Assembly (NCBI GenBank): GCA_951406725.2
Contig: OX597814.1
Coordinates: 61,132,001 to 61,196,000, forward strand
Length of the DNA: 64,000 nucleotides
Direction: 5' to 3'
Source of the DNA: Octopus vulgaris
Taxonomy: Eukaryota
The position numbers and the translations under genes were made by a program. Below, one piece after another: positions 38,500 to 51,775 of the stretch. Below the pieces are notes generated by a model. The model had not been told where the DNA came from. It saw nothing but the letters and a program-made list of their open reading frames with translations, and made no database searches. Positions within the stretch are counted from its first letter, which is position 1. Each line of letters starts with the position of its first letter.

Positions 38500-41100
38500 T
38501 CACTTTTTGAATGACTTCATGGTTGTTCTCAAAAAACATTGCTCAATTTGTTCAGTTTAGATAAATGTTTATTTGCCATTGTTGGCCTTAACCAGGTTTT
38601 TACCCTTCTCATAGTACTGAAAAACCTATTCTGCAGATTAGTACAGGTAAATATTAGAGCTTTAGAAATAGACCATTCTACAAAAGGAAAGAAATTGTTT
38701 GAGAAAAGCCTGAAATTCACATCTATTACCATATTTTTTTTCTTTTCTGACTTAATTTCAAACCAAGAGACTGCTTCAGCTTCCAAGTTTTGAATTTCAT
38801 TTAGTTTAATGGTCTTTACAATCTGTTTTATGAATTTTTCCTTCGAAAGCTTTGCCGGCCAGTTGTAGTGGATGAAGTGAATTAAGGCTAATTTTTCTTT
38901 TCTGCTTTTTTTTTTAGCTGCAAACAAGAATTCCAATGATATAACAAACTTTTCTAAAGCTAGGTGCCCTCTCTATCACCAATCCTCTCCTGTTCCAAGC
39001 AAAGTAATACTTCTCCATGGCTGAACATGTTTTCATGGAAGAATGGAAACATAGGATTCCATTCTTCTGTGACCAGTACATAGGTTATCATCATCATTAT
39101 CATTTAACATCCGTCTTCCATACTGGCATGGGTTAAAGGGTTTGACAGGAGCTAGTAAGCTAAAAGGACTGCATTAAGCACCACTGTCTACTTTGGCATG
39201 GTTTTTACAGCTGGATGCCATTCCTAACACTGACTACTTTACAGAGTGGATTGGGTGCTTTTTACATGGCACCTTTCTATCACCAATCCTCACCTGGCAT
39301 GGCACCAATATTTTTTTATAGTTGAGCCACTGGTATTGCAATGAAATTTCTATCAGTCATGCTACTTGGAAAGAGGTAGCTTCATACCAAACTTTTCTAC
39401 CAAATTCTTTTTATTTCTTTTACTTGTTTCAGTCATATGACTGTAGCCATGCTGGAGCATCACCTCAATATGTTTTAGTTACAGAAATTTACCCCAGGAC
39501 TTATTCTTTGTAAGCCTAGTACTTATTCTATAGGTCTCTTTAACTTGTTAAGTTACAGGGACATAAACACACCAGCACCGGTTGTCAAGTGATGGCAGGG
39601 AGGAGAGACAAACAAATACAGCACACACACTCAAATACACACACACACACATACACACACACACACACATACAACAGGTTTCTTTTAGTTTCCATCTACC
39701 AAATCCACTCACAAAGCTTTGGTTGGCCTAAGGCTATAGTCGAAGATACTTGCCCAAAGTGCCATGCAGTGGGGCCGAACCCAGAACCATGTGGCTGGGA
39801 AACAAGCTTCTTACTACACAGCCACGCCTGCTTGATTTTCAAAACAATTTCCATGTTTGAGGCCATAGGACACACTTAAGAACTCCAAGACATGATTACA
39901 CTCTTTCATTACTTCAAATTGAAGAGTTTAGAGATCTTGTGTTACAGATTTCATTTGTGCTGAATAGATTATAATTTTATGAAGACACACATGAAAAGTT
40001 GCTGTACATAAAACAGATTCCAACTGATGAGCTTTTTGACTTAATGCTTAACCTGAAGCTGTAATGACCTGTCTGTATGATTGATCAAAAATCTTTTCAA
40101 AGTCAATGAAAAAGTCTAATACTTTTATAATTTGCAGTCCATTGTGTTTCACACATTCATGGCACACTTGGAATAAGATATTGTTTTCTTTGAACTCTCA
40201 TTAAAAAAATTAATTACTAATTTGACTGTGCCAATAGAATTCTTTCTCTTAGAAAATGTATTAAGGTCATTCATGAAATATATTTTATGTGCATCACAGT
40301 GAACCAATGCAGCCTTTAGGTATTTACTCCTTATTTTAGCTGACACTCCATCTTCCTTTCCTACCATTACAAAAGTAACCTTAGCTAAGTCGTTTCTCTT
40401 GATTTGACTCAAATTGTATAGACTGATTAATGTTTGCATTGGCAATAGAGACAGCATTGAATTCAATTAGTATTGTAAATAACTGATTAATTCTATCAAC
40501 AAATCATACACCAACTAACAATTCTTCTTCTCTGATACCTCACTACTTTCATGAGCAATTATTGAAAACCTAAGTGAAACATTCTCCATAAAAACAAAAT
40601 CTTCCCATATAATTTCTTCACTCAATTTGATCAGTTCCTTCCCTCACAGAAGCTTCTAATTGTGATTTTCCCCAGCAAAGCAATGTCAATAAAATTTTTG
40701 ATTATACAGAAAATAATCACTTTTGATTTTCAGTTACCAGTCATAACACTGTCAAGCTGATACTTAATGCTTTTCTCTAATTTGATTCTGGTTAGTCATG
40801 ATGTTTGCTGCGTCAAAGTAAGCATCTCTGTGAAGTTTGCTTAGTATACTATTCTTTGCTCAGTCATGGAATTCATTATATTTTTGTAAAAAGGTGTTGA
40901 TAAAGGTAACTTGTGACTAAAGATTAATAGAAGACTGAAAACTTGTGCAATATTTACAGAATGCTCCTTTTAAGTGAGAAGAATAACTAAGAATATTTAC
41001 TCAACCCCACAAGATGGAAACTGCATAGCCACTTTTTGAACCCTTTTAAATCCATAATTTGTAAGAGATGCTAGAAGATTGCACTTTACACTGTCTATTA
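38500..41100 (-). pseudogene. Decayed hAT transposase (ZMYM1/THAP12-like) interrupted by repeats
   Basis: YSSHLKGAFCKYC, FSIIAHES, GVSAKI...ALVHCDAH and RFFSTMRRVKTWLRPTM occur in the expected order. Confidence 0.8.
39414..39830 (-). mobile_element. SINE family A inside the hAT remnant
   Basis: Colinear with 310-776. Confidence 0.8.
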
Positions 41101-41430
41101 TTTTTTAGGAATTAACATACAATACAATATTACTGCCAACAAAAAACTAGAACATATATATTGATTACAATTAGGTGTTAAATCTGGCATGAGTTGGTAC
41201 ATTATGGTTCTTCAGATTCATTTTCCACCTTGTTCCTAGATTTATTATTTAAATTTTCCTTTTCATCCAATCTTCATTTTCTTCATAAATTTTTTCTTGA
41301 AAAAAAAATAGTTATTTATAAATAAAACCTGATTAATCAGCAAACTTGTGTAAAATCACAGCAATATAAAAATAAAAAAGTTGATAAAAATCACAGCATT
41401 AACCGTTTAGCATTCTGATTTCTTTGTCAG

Positions 41431-41905
41431 GACACTGAACCTTTCAGGCGAAATGACAAAGGACCAAAATGCCTAGTGCCTTGTTGTACTCAAGAGGGCC
41501 TGTACTCCACAACAGAAGTGTTAAGACTAGTTCCCCTAGTGGTGGGGATTGACCTGCAAGAGTCCTGTGCCAGTGACATGTTAAAAGCACTTGTGTTAGT
41601 GCCATATAAAAGAACCCATGTGGTGTCAAGTAAAAGCACCACGTAAAAGTGCCCATGTGGTGCCACATAAAAGTGCCCATGTGGTGCCACATAAAAGTGT
41701 CCATGTGGTGCCACATAAAAGCACCTGTGTGGTGCCATGTAAAAGTACCCAGCACACTCTGTAAAGCAGTTGGTGTTAGCAAGGGCAACCAGCTGTAGAA
41801 ACCATGCCAAATCAGACCAGAGTCTGGTGCAGCTCTCCAGCTTGCCAACTCTAGTTAAACCATCCAACCCATGCCAGCATGGACAGCAGACGTTAAATGA
41901 TGATG
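41431..41905 (+). mobile_element. RTE-type 3' fragment with 24-bp tandem units
   Basis: About 4-5 aaagtgcccatgtggtgccacata units; tail gacgttaaatgatgat. Confidence 0.75.
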
Positions 41906-41914
41906 TTTTGAATT

Positions 41915-42892
41915 TGTAGCGGACTCTCTCTCTCTCTTATATATACATGAATATGGATGTAGTAGATAACTGCTATCCTTTAGCCGCTTGAACCTTGTTG
42001 TTTCCACTACTCTGATTGGTTGGTATTGGCGCAGTTTGTCTCTTGCTCTGTTATGCGCCAATGTGCAACCCAACCAATCACAACCTTCTGATAAGGTCAC
42101 ATAAGACAGTCTTTTCTAAACCTCAGTTGCACTGATAGAATGGTATAAAAAAGCTAGTTTCAACACTGTATTTCATCTCTTTTGGTTCTAAACCTTCTAA
42201 GGTCTAACCACTGACCACAGAGCACACAGCCAGTTCCAGTGACAACACCAGCAGCCATATGGAGAAACATCAACACTCTACTAACAGCATATGGCTATCT
42301 CCTTCTCCATCGCCATTATCTTAACGTTGTCAACAACATCACTTTACGTACGCAGCAACTTGCTAGGTTCTATCTCCTCACTGTTTGTGAATTACTTCAC
42401 CATGGTTAACAGCAAGTACAACCTGCGAGAACTTCCTGTATCAAGTGACCGGCAACAGCATTGTAGCCACAACTTCTTACACAATATGTGCTTCAACCAG
42501 CTCTGCTATTTTGCCTCAACTTCTTGTTACAGCATTTCAACTATTGTGTACTTTACTACGAACTGGTATTTATCTTCCTTGTGTCTGAACATTCTTCTAG
42601 AGTCCTATTATAGACTCTTTCAATGCTCTGTATTTTATGCACACACACACATTATGCATACATGACAGCCTGTCTATTGTTATTATTATTATATATGTAC
42701 TTATGATGCACACACTGACACACATATTAACCTATTAATAAAATCTTTCTCTTAAACATCCTATCAGTTGTGTCTCTCTTTTCCTTTTGGCACTTATACT
42801 CATTTATTCTTTTCGTAATTATTGTAAGCGACCGTGCGATGTATTAAAGGAGCCATTCATCATCACCTCCCCTTTGCACAGTCATTCTTACA
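41915..42892 (+). mobile_element. Solo LTR (Gypsy-like, 4-bp TSD)
   Basis: TGTA...TACA ends; AATT at 41911-41914 and 42893-42896; TATAAAA near 42145; AATAAA near 42737. Confidence 0.8.
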
Positions 42893-43664
42893 AATTAATA
42901 ATACATTATCCTGTAGCTTCAAGATTTCAATGGTGTGTTTGTATATTTTTAGAATGACATTGTAGGATAGGTATGAGAAGTTGGATCTGGTCAGATTTAA
43001 CATATTTGGGCTGGATAAATGCTAAAAGTCTAATACATTAGTGTCATTATCACTTAAAATCACAGCAGTGTAAAAATATCAGCTTGATATAAAATCATGG
43101 TATTAGAACAATGATAAGATATGAGAGTCTCAGTCCTATCAGTTCATGTATTTTGCCTCATCCTCAACTGTCATTGCAGTGACTTCTTGATCGTGGCCTC
43201 TTAAGCTAGAGTGACATTCGCTTATGTCAGGAAATTTTCCTTAATACTAAATCAAGCAAGGTAATGAGGTTCCTGACACTTCTTAGAGTCTTATTTGTAA
43301 GGTTGCAATTTCCATATTCTCTCGTTCTTTGTAAGAAGATTTAATCTAGTCGTAGATTGTGGATGGACAACTGAATCATTTTCCCCCGTCCACTCATTGG
43401 TAAAAGCCTTTAGAAACATATGAGAACACTTCCCACACTGTAATAATAGTGAAGACCATTTAATTTCTATTTTCCTGACATTAATTAACTTCATTCTATT
43501 GTTTTACTAATGTCATGTGTGTTTAATAGTATTATTCATTAGTACAGTATAGAAAAGTGGACATTAAACTAATGATGATTTGGAATTCCAAAATGCAAAA
43601 CAAATTTTCTTATTGATTTCTGTGTTTTGAAACATGGAAGCAAAATAGGAAAAAAAATTTCACA

Positions 43665-44035
43665 GAAGTAGCTGTGTGGTAAGAAGATTACTTCCAACCA
43701 TATGGTTTTGGGGCAAGTGTCTTCTACTGTAGCTTCATCAGATCAACCAAAGCCTTGTGAGTAGATTTGGCAGACAGAAACTGAAAGAAGCCTGTTGTGT
43801 GTGTGTGTGTGTGGGGGGGGTGTCAGTGTTTGTCCCCCATCACTACTTGACAACCAGTGCTGTGTGTTTATGTCTCCATAACTTAACAGTTCAGTAAAAG
43901 GGACCAATAGAATAAGTACCAGGCTTTAAAAAAAAATAAGTACTGGGATCAATACATTCAACTAAAACTCCTTCAGGGCAATGCCCCAGTATGGCCACAG
44001 TCTGATAACTGAAACAAGTAAAAGATAAAAGATAA
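43665..44035 (+). mobile_element. SINE family A
   Basis: Reverse-complement homolog of 310-776. Confidence 0.8.
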
Positions 44036-44224
44036 AAAATAATGAAATTCCTTCTGTAAAGCAATTGGTGCCAGTATATACATTGACTTTAAAAGGTAGT
44101 AGAAACCCTACCTATGCTCAAAAAGCAGTCATGTGCTGTATTATATTCTGAATTACATGCATTAAGTCAACTGTTTTATAATGAACTGGAAATCATGTAT
44201 GTTTCCATCATCTTCATCTTCAGA

Positions 44225-44642
44225 TGAAAGTCATCCACTTAAAGTAGAGGGAAGTTATGGAAGTGGGATCCAGAAAGACATAGGACAAAGCATTGAAGGC
44301 TGATCTCAAAACATTGTGCCTTATAAAGGAGATGACGAAGGACTGAGATGTGTGGTGCATTGCTGTACCCAAGAAGACCTTCCCAACACAAAATTGAGAT
44401 TCTAAAACTAAGGTGTCACAAAAAATGCATTGGTGTGGGTGCTGGTGCCACATAAAAAGCATTCAGTACAGTCTGTAAATTGACTGGCATTAGGAATGGC
44501 ATCCAGCTGTAAAAACCAAACCAAAACAGACTATGGAACCTGGTGCAGCCCCTAGTTTTTGCCAGTTCCTGTCAAGCCATCCAACCTATGCCATCATGGA
44601 AGACAGATGTTAAAAGTTGATAATGATTATGGTGATGATGAT
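44225..44642 (+). mobile_element. Old RTE 3' fragment
   Basis: Degenerate RKTW..DL coding end plus 3' UTR and tail. Confidence 0.65.
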
Positions 44643-44799
44643 TTTCCATACTTTCATGATTCAGATAGAATTCATTGAGTCGGATGCCCTTTATATTGCT
44701 GACCCTCACCTGTTTTCAAGTGTAAGCTAATAGTTACCCTTACTACTAGTCATATTATTGTTTCTTTCAGCAGAGTTATTTAGTTTTGGGGAACCAGCT

Positions 44800-45213
44800 A
44801 AAAATATTTAAGAGGAAGCAGTAAGTTGACTACATCACCCCGGTGCCTGACTGGTACTTATTTTATCGACTCTGAAAAGAAGAAAGGCAAAGTCAATCTC
44901 GGCAGAATTTGAACTCAGAACATCATGATGGATGAAATGCCACTAAGTATTTTGCCCAGCATGCTAATGGTTCTGTCAGCTCACCATATTATTAATAATA
45001 ATCCTTTATACTATAGGCACAAGGCCTGAAATTGTGGGGAGGGGCTAGTAATTATATCGACCTCAGTACTCAACTGGTACTTTTTTCATCGACCCTGAAA
45101 AGATGAAAGGTAAAGTTGACCTCGGCAGAATTCAAACTCAGAACATAAGGACGGATGAAATACCACTAAGTATTTCACCCGGTGTGGTAACTATTCTACC
45201 AACTCACCACCTT
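44800..45213 (-). mobile_element. Two tandem SINE family B copies
   Basis: Core repeated twice. Confidence 0.8.
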
Positions 45214-45223
45214 AATATATATA

Positions 45224-45595
45224 TGTAGTGACAAAGGGTGTAAGTCAGCACCAGCATTGCTAGAAATAAGAGTAAGAACAACTCTTAGCCACGGGCAAAG
45301 CACTATCTATTGAATGACAAGGGAGACAAATTCCCTACAGCAAGCGAGGGAGGTTGGTTCCCTACAGCAACCTTCCTACAGCAACCTCCTGCAGCAAGCA
45401 AATCAACCACTGATTCCTATATTATTTTCTATAAACTGACAAGACAGTTAGCTTAGCCCTGAATAATAGAGTAGTGTCACTGATGAAGATTAATTCTATC
45501 TGAAATCATCGACGATCTGACGCTCTCAGTTGTAGTCACACTATCGCATCACAAAATCTCGTCTCTTGAGATTTATTCTTGTCACCTTCTTGTCA
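45224..45595 (+). mobile_element. Small hammerhead-bearing repeat (retrozyme or Penelope pLTR-like)
   Basis: Homologous to segments of 29381-30066; imperfect terminal IR tgacaaagggtg/caccttcttgtca; contains the hammerhead motif. Confidence 0.55.
45469..45527 (+). ncRNA. Type I hammerhead ribozyme motif
   Basis: Stem I gagtagtgtca/tgacgctctc, CTGATGA, stem II agat/atct, GAAA, stem III tc-atcgac-ga, AUC site; predicted cut after C45517. Confidence 0.75.
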
Positions 45596-45688
45596 TATTA
45601 ACATGTTAATCATTTTCACCTCTAAGATATCCCCATTATTGTTGTTATTGTAATCATTGAGCTACCAAGAAAGCCTATATAGAATTCA

Positions 45689-46020
45689 GTGAAGGCACAT
45701 GGCTCAGTGGTTAGAATGTGGGGTTTACAATCATGAGCTAGTGAGTTTGATTCTTGGACCGGGATGTGTGTTGTGTTCTTGAGCAAGACGCTTTATTTCA
45801 TGTTGTTCCAGTTCACTCAGCTGTAGAAATGAGTTGCAACATCACTGGTGCCAAGACTTTCCCTTGGATAACAATGGTGATCTGGAGAGGGAAGGCTGGT
45901 ATGTATGGGTGACTGCTGGTCTTCCATAACAACCTTGACCAAACTTGCACTTTGGAAGGTAACTTTATAAGTGCAATCCCATGGTTGTTTATGACCAAAG
46001 GGGGTCTTTACACTTTACCC
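45689..46020 (+). mobile_element. tRNA-derived SINE
   Basis: A box tggctcagtggttaga; degenerate B box gagtttgattc. Confidence 0.7.
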
Positions 46021-46032
46021 TATAGAATTCAT

Positions 46033-46915
46033 GGATCTTTACCTTTTGACCTACAGATTTAAAAAATAATTTTTTGTAACTAAACACTTTCAAACTTTGG
46101 ACACTGGTAGAATGTGTCATATAAAACATATTTTACTCTTTGCATTTTTGAGAAAAAACTTATATTTATGAAGATATTTCACCTTAAAGTTCTCATATTT
46201 TGGTAATTTCAACCAATCAATGACGTGCATTCAGCTGAATAAAATTACTGCTGTTGTTTGTCAGCAACAACTATTGGCTGTGTATTTTTCACTTCTTACT
46301 GTTTTTTATGACATTGTTTGTGCATTTGTACTGGTTTTAAGGTTTTAGGCTTAGAGTTTTAGGGTCAGGGTTAGGGATTTAGGGTTAGGGTTAGGGTTTT
46401 AGGGTTAGGGTTAGGGTTAGGGTTTGAGGGTTAGGAATTTAGGGTTAGGGTTAGGGCTTTAGGGTTTAAGGGTTAGGGATTTAGGGTTAGGGTTAGGGTT
46501 TTAGGGCTAGGTTTTAGGGTTAGGGTTTTATGGTTAGGGTTAGGGTTAGGGTTTTAGGGTTAGGTTTTAGGGTTAGGGTTTTAGGTTTAGGGTTAGGGTT
46601 AAGGTTTTAGGGTTAGGATTTTAAGGTTAGGGTTATCATAAATAACAGTGACAAATGAAATATACACCGCCAGAAGTTCTTGTTGACAAACAACAGCAGT
46701 AACTTTATTCAGCTGAATACACATCATTGATTGGTTGAAATTACCAAAATATGAGAACTTTAAGGTGAAATATCTTCGTAAATATAAGTTTATCTAAAAA
46801 ATGCTAAGAGTAAAACATGTTTTAATATGACACATTCTACCAGTGTCCGAAGTTTGAAAGTGTTTAGTTACAAAAAATTATTTTTTTAAATCTGTTGGTT
46901 AAAAGGTAAAGATCC
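46033..46915. mobile_element. Merlin-type fold-back MITE with telomeric core
   Basis: GGATCTTT...AAAGATCC termini, arms of about 280 bp, perfect 8-bp TSD gaattcat (46025-46032, 46916-46923). Confidence 0.9.
46335..46635 (+). repeat. Interstitial (TTAGGG)n array with TTTTAGGG variants
   Basis: Seen directly. Confidence 0.95.
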
Positions 46916-47354
46916 GAATTCATCTGTCTGCTAAAAATAGTAGCCAAATCAATCTCAAGTCACAAATTACTGTTTGAGAAAAACACAAGAAAAGAACCTC
47001 ATTAACTAATCCAATCCTAGGTGCACTGCACCTAAAATAAATATGCAATAGTCACTTGTGAAGCTGACATGGGGCTAACAACAACAACAACAACAGTAAC
47101 AGCAACAAATTCTTTTCTCACTTTTTTTTTGCCTCAGTGCCATACAATATACAAAGAACATCACAAATTAGATGTTAGAAATATTTATTTGCTATTGTAA
47201 GTCAACTCATTTCTATTGTGATTTATTCCTTCTTTGTTGGCAATTCTGTTAAAAGTTCAATTCCCCCGTCTAACACATAATTTGTTCAACGTTGATAAGC
47301 AAACACCTCATTTGAGAATTCAACTATACAGCATGATTTATATGTGTGTGTGTG

Positions 47355-47385
<31 letters not shown>

Positions 47386-47544
47386 GTATGTAAGTATGTA
47401 TGTATGTATGTATGTACCAAATAAGAAGATAAAAAAAGACTTTACATCTTTAACGATAAGTTACAATTGTTTCTGTACCAATTCTACTTTCAACAGCAAT
47501 TCACACAAAAGTTACATGGAGAAATCTTGAGAGTACTGCCTGAT

Positions 47545-47973
47545 TGGCACTTGTGCCACTAGAACATTAAAAGCACCATCCAAGCGTGATCGTTGCCAGC
47601 GGCACATAAAAAGCACAATTCAAGCATGATCATTGCCAACATTGCCTTACTGGCACATGTGCCAGTGGTATGAGAAAAACAACATTCAAGCATGATTGTT
47701 GCCAGTGCTGCCGAACTGGCTCCCATGCAAGTGGCATATAAAAAACACCTTTTGAGCATGGTCGTTGCCAGTACCACCTGACTGGCACATAAAAGCACCC
47801 ACTACACACTTTGAGTGGTTTGGCATTAGGAAGGGCATCCAGCTGTAGAAACTCTGCCAGATCAGATTGGAGCCTTGTGCAGCCTTCTGGCTCGCCAGTC
47901 CTCAGTCAAACTGTCTAACCCATGCTAGCATGGAAAGCAGATGTTAAACGATATTAATGATGATGATGATGAT
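47545..47973 (+). mobile_element. RTE 3' UTR with tandem units and (GAT)n tail
   Basis: Homologous to 28745-29128. Confidence 0.8.
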
Positions 47974-47974
47974 A

Positions 47975-48055
<81 letters not shown>

Positions 48056-48689
48056 AGAATAATAAATAAAAAAAATCCTCGGTACAGTATTATATACTTG
48101 AATAAATGAATAGAAATGGCTTTTCTGATAATTAGATGTTTATAAGTTCACAAGTTTACAAATTTACAAGTAAAATTATAAGCATCTAATTATTAAAGTG
48201 GAAAAATGATCAGAGAAGCCATATCTATTCATTTCCCAAATATTTATACATACATACATACATATGTGTATCTTACATTATATTACTGCTTATTGCAAAG
48301 ATAAAATGCTGTTGTATGCTTATGATGATAAAAATGTGCACACTGACACACACAATCACATACACGCAGAGACATATTCATATCCATACACACACAGAGT
48401 GTGTGTATATATCTATCTATCTGTCTAACAATATATAAATATATATGCATCAACTAAATTGTTTCTCCATTTTCTTATTTGTATTATAAATTAATGGTAA
48501 AATATTTCTTTACCTTCACCCATTTAATACAATAAATAAGTTAATTGCATTGCAATTGAAAACATTTGTGTATTAAGAATTTGGGTATTATACCAACAGT
48601 ATATTGGATAAATATTATCCCTTAGTGGGTTGGATCCATAACCCCTAACTTACTTGGTGTTATATATATATGGTCCAATCCATGCAAGC

Positions 48690-48720
<31 letters not shown>

Positions 48721-48738
48721 TGTATGTATGTATATTTA

Positions 48739-48801
<63 letters not shown>

Positions 48802-49506
48802 CATACATATACATATGTGTGTGTGTGCAAGTAAGTATGTATATAGCAGACTTCTGCACAATATCCATCTATTAAACTTTACCCACAAGGCATTGGTCAG
48901 AGTCCAAGGCCGTAACAGGAGACAATTGCCATGCAATTGTAAGCAAACTCCTTACTCATACAACCATATACATAAATATGTACGTGTCAATATACCGGGT
49001 ATCACGAGTATTGACCAGACTACCAGATGTTGTTATACATTGCTGGTCATTATGCACTTTGCATTGTTTCAGCTTTTGAGTGATGCCACCCTACTGTCTA
49101 AGCAAGTAGAGTGGCCAATATTCCCACTGATCAGAAGGCTTTTCCCTCAGAGGATACTTGCATACATACATATATTTACTATATAGATATATATATGTGG
49201 TGGTGGTGGGTTTATGTGCATGTATGCATACATACATACATACATGCATACACATACATTTCTAATGTGTGTGTGTATATATGTGTGTACAGTTATAAAA
49301 GACAGCAATATCTCTAAACTTTTTATCTGTTCCTCAACTGAATGTTAATCATTCCAAAAGATATTGGTTTTATATAGTTCATTGTTTCTCTAAGAGTACA
49401 TTTGTTCTGCAGCTCATGACCATATAGTACAGCTTTCATGTATTCTCCAAATCACACACACGCAAACACACATCACAATCATCATCATTATCATCATCGT
49501 TGTCAT

Positions 49507-49541
<35 letters not shown>

Positions 49542-49825
49542 ACATTGTTATTTCAATGTCCATCCAGTATTCCATGCTTGCATGGGTCAGACAGAATTCA
49601 TCAAGGCAGATTATTTATGGCTGGGTGCTTTTCCTGTCACTAACCTTCACCTGTTTTCAAGTTGGGTAATATATCCCTTTGGCTGGACACTTTTTCATGG
49701 AAAACTGAAAATGAATGCCATTGCTTGCTAACAATTACCATATGACATCAAGACAATGATACACACACATGCACGCATATGCACACCCATCATCACCACA
49801 CATACACACATGTATATGAACAGAT

Positions 49826-50001
49826 GCAGGCATGCTTGTATTGTTATGAAAGTTGCTTCCCAACTACAAGGTTTGGGATTCTGTCTCACTGCTTGACACC
49901 TTGAGCAAGTGTCTTCTACTATAGCTCGGGGCAGTCCAAAGTCTTGTGAATGGACTAGATTGATGGAAACAGAGGAGCCCATTGCATGTGTGTCTGTATG
50001 T

Positions 50002-50039
<38 letters not shown>

Positions 50040-50272
50040 TTGTGCCACCTTGTCTTGGTATTGTATATTGTAAATAAGTGTCACTGTAATATAAGCAATC
50101 TTATTTGTTCCCAATCTTCCATGAAAACATGTTTTCTTGTGGGTAAATATTACCTTGGAAATAAGTAAAAACTAGCACCAGGAAGGGTTTCTAGCTATTG
50201 AAAATCTGTCTTAACAAATTCTGTCTACCCCATGCAAGCACAGAAAGTGGACATTAATATTTTGATGATGAT
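49826..50272 (+). mobile_element. SINE family A variant with RTE-like tail
   Basis: Same layout as 5457-5895. Confidence 0.65.
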
Positions 50273-50483
50273 CAAATGATGGGTTTCTTTCACTTTGTCT
50301 CTACTGAATCCTCTCCCAAGGCTTTGGTTGGCCTGGGGCTGCAGTGGAAGGCACTCATCCAGGGTAACACGCATTAGAACTGAACTCAAAACCAAGTATC
50401 TGGGATGATATATAAATATTGACTACTTCTCTTCCTTCAAAAATACTGGCCTTGTGTCTAAAATAGAAACACTTATTACATTT

Positions 50484-50687
50484 TGAGGGGGTGCTAAAAT
50501 GTTCCTGGAAAATACAGAAGGATCAGTTAAATTATGATTTCATTCAACATGTTTTCCTCTCAGATTCACACACTTATTGCAGCAGTCCTTTAGTTTCTCT
50601 AAGCCCTGTAAAAGAACTTGGAAGGCTGGGCCCCCAACCAGACCTTTCGCGATAACATTAAAGCCAGGAACTTTTCAGTACCCTCAC
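50484..50687. mobile_element. Mariner-type MITE
   Basis: Degenerate TIR tgagggggtgctaaaatgttcctgg / ccaggaacttttcagtaccctca. Confidence 0.7.
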
Positions 50688-51527
50688 ATACATACACATA
50701 GACACATATGCATGCGCATGCATACATCTAGGAGATGGTGAAACACAGAAAGACAGAAACAGATTCTGTAAATCAAATTTAAGTCTATTTGAATGAGGAT
50801 TAAAAACTCCTGTTATTTAGAATTTATTTCTCAAAATCAAAAGATAAAAAACACAGAAGGGTACACAAGAGTCATGACCTGGATGTGGCCTGGCCTCTTC
50901 AGAGTGTAAGATGTTAAGGGCCAAAACACTTGTCTGAGTGGAGTGCTTCTTCTCTGAAGACCTTCTGCTGTTCTGCTCTCTTACCACTGATTGACAAAAT
51001 AACACCCAAACTATGCTCCCTCTGATGTCTATCAATAATCTTGAATGAGACCTACACTGGAAATTGGTACTGATCTGTCTTAAGAAACAACCGAGTGACC
51101 TCTCTGGGTTGAATCTTTAGAAAGATTTGGAGCTGCACAAACACCAGAATCACCTTGAAAGGACTGTAGTTAAACTCTCAGTAATGAGGCCCTAGGTACA
51201 TGCAACCACTGCTTTTTCCATACCTTCAAATTTTACCACAAATCTAAATACAACCTAAATAACCACACAGCACATATCCCAAACACCACTTAGGTAATCC
51301 TCAACAACCCTATTTGACTTTTCATTAATTTTTTTTACTGTCCAATCTTATTTTAATTGTTTAAGACTACACATATGGGCATGCATATGCATACGCATGC
51401 AGATGTATGTGCATATGTATATGTGTGTTTGTGTGTGCATGCATATACGTGTGTATATGTGTGCAGGTATGCGTGTATATGTGCATACATGTATGCATAT
51501 ATGCATGTAGTTATGGGTATGCATGCG

Positions 51528-51775
51528 AGGCACGTAAAAACGCCATTTTATTGTGGCCGTTGCCATTACTGCCTGACTGGCCCTCGTGCTAGTGGCATGT
51601 AAAAGCACCCACTACACTCTCGGAGTGGTTGGCATTCGGAAGGGCTCTAGCTGTAGAAACTCTGCCAGAACAGATTGGAGCCTGGTGCATCCTCCTGGCT
51701 TGCCAGTCCTCAGTCAAACCGTCCAACCCATGCCAGCATGGAAAGCAGACGTTAAATGATGATGATAATGATGAT
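51528..51775 (+). mobile_element. RTE 3' UTR fragment
   Basis: Homologous to 4932-5163. Confidence 0.8.

Noticed and set aside
46335-46635. True chromosome end or fusion site
   Set aside because: Single orientation, short, and enclosed by TIRs and a TSD.
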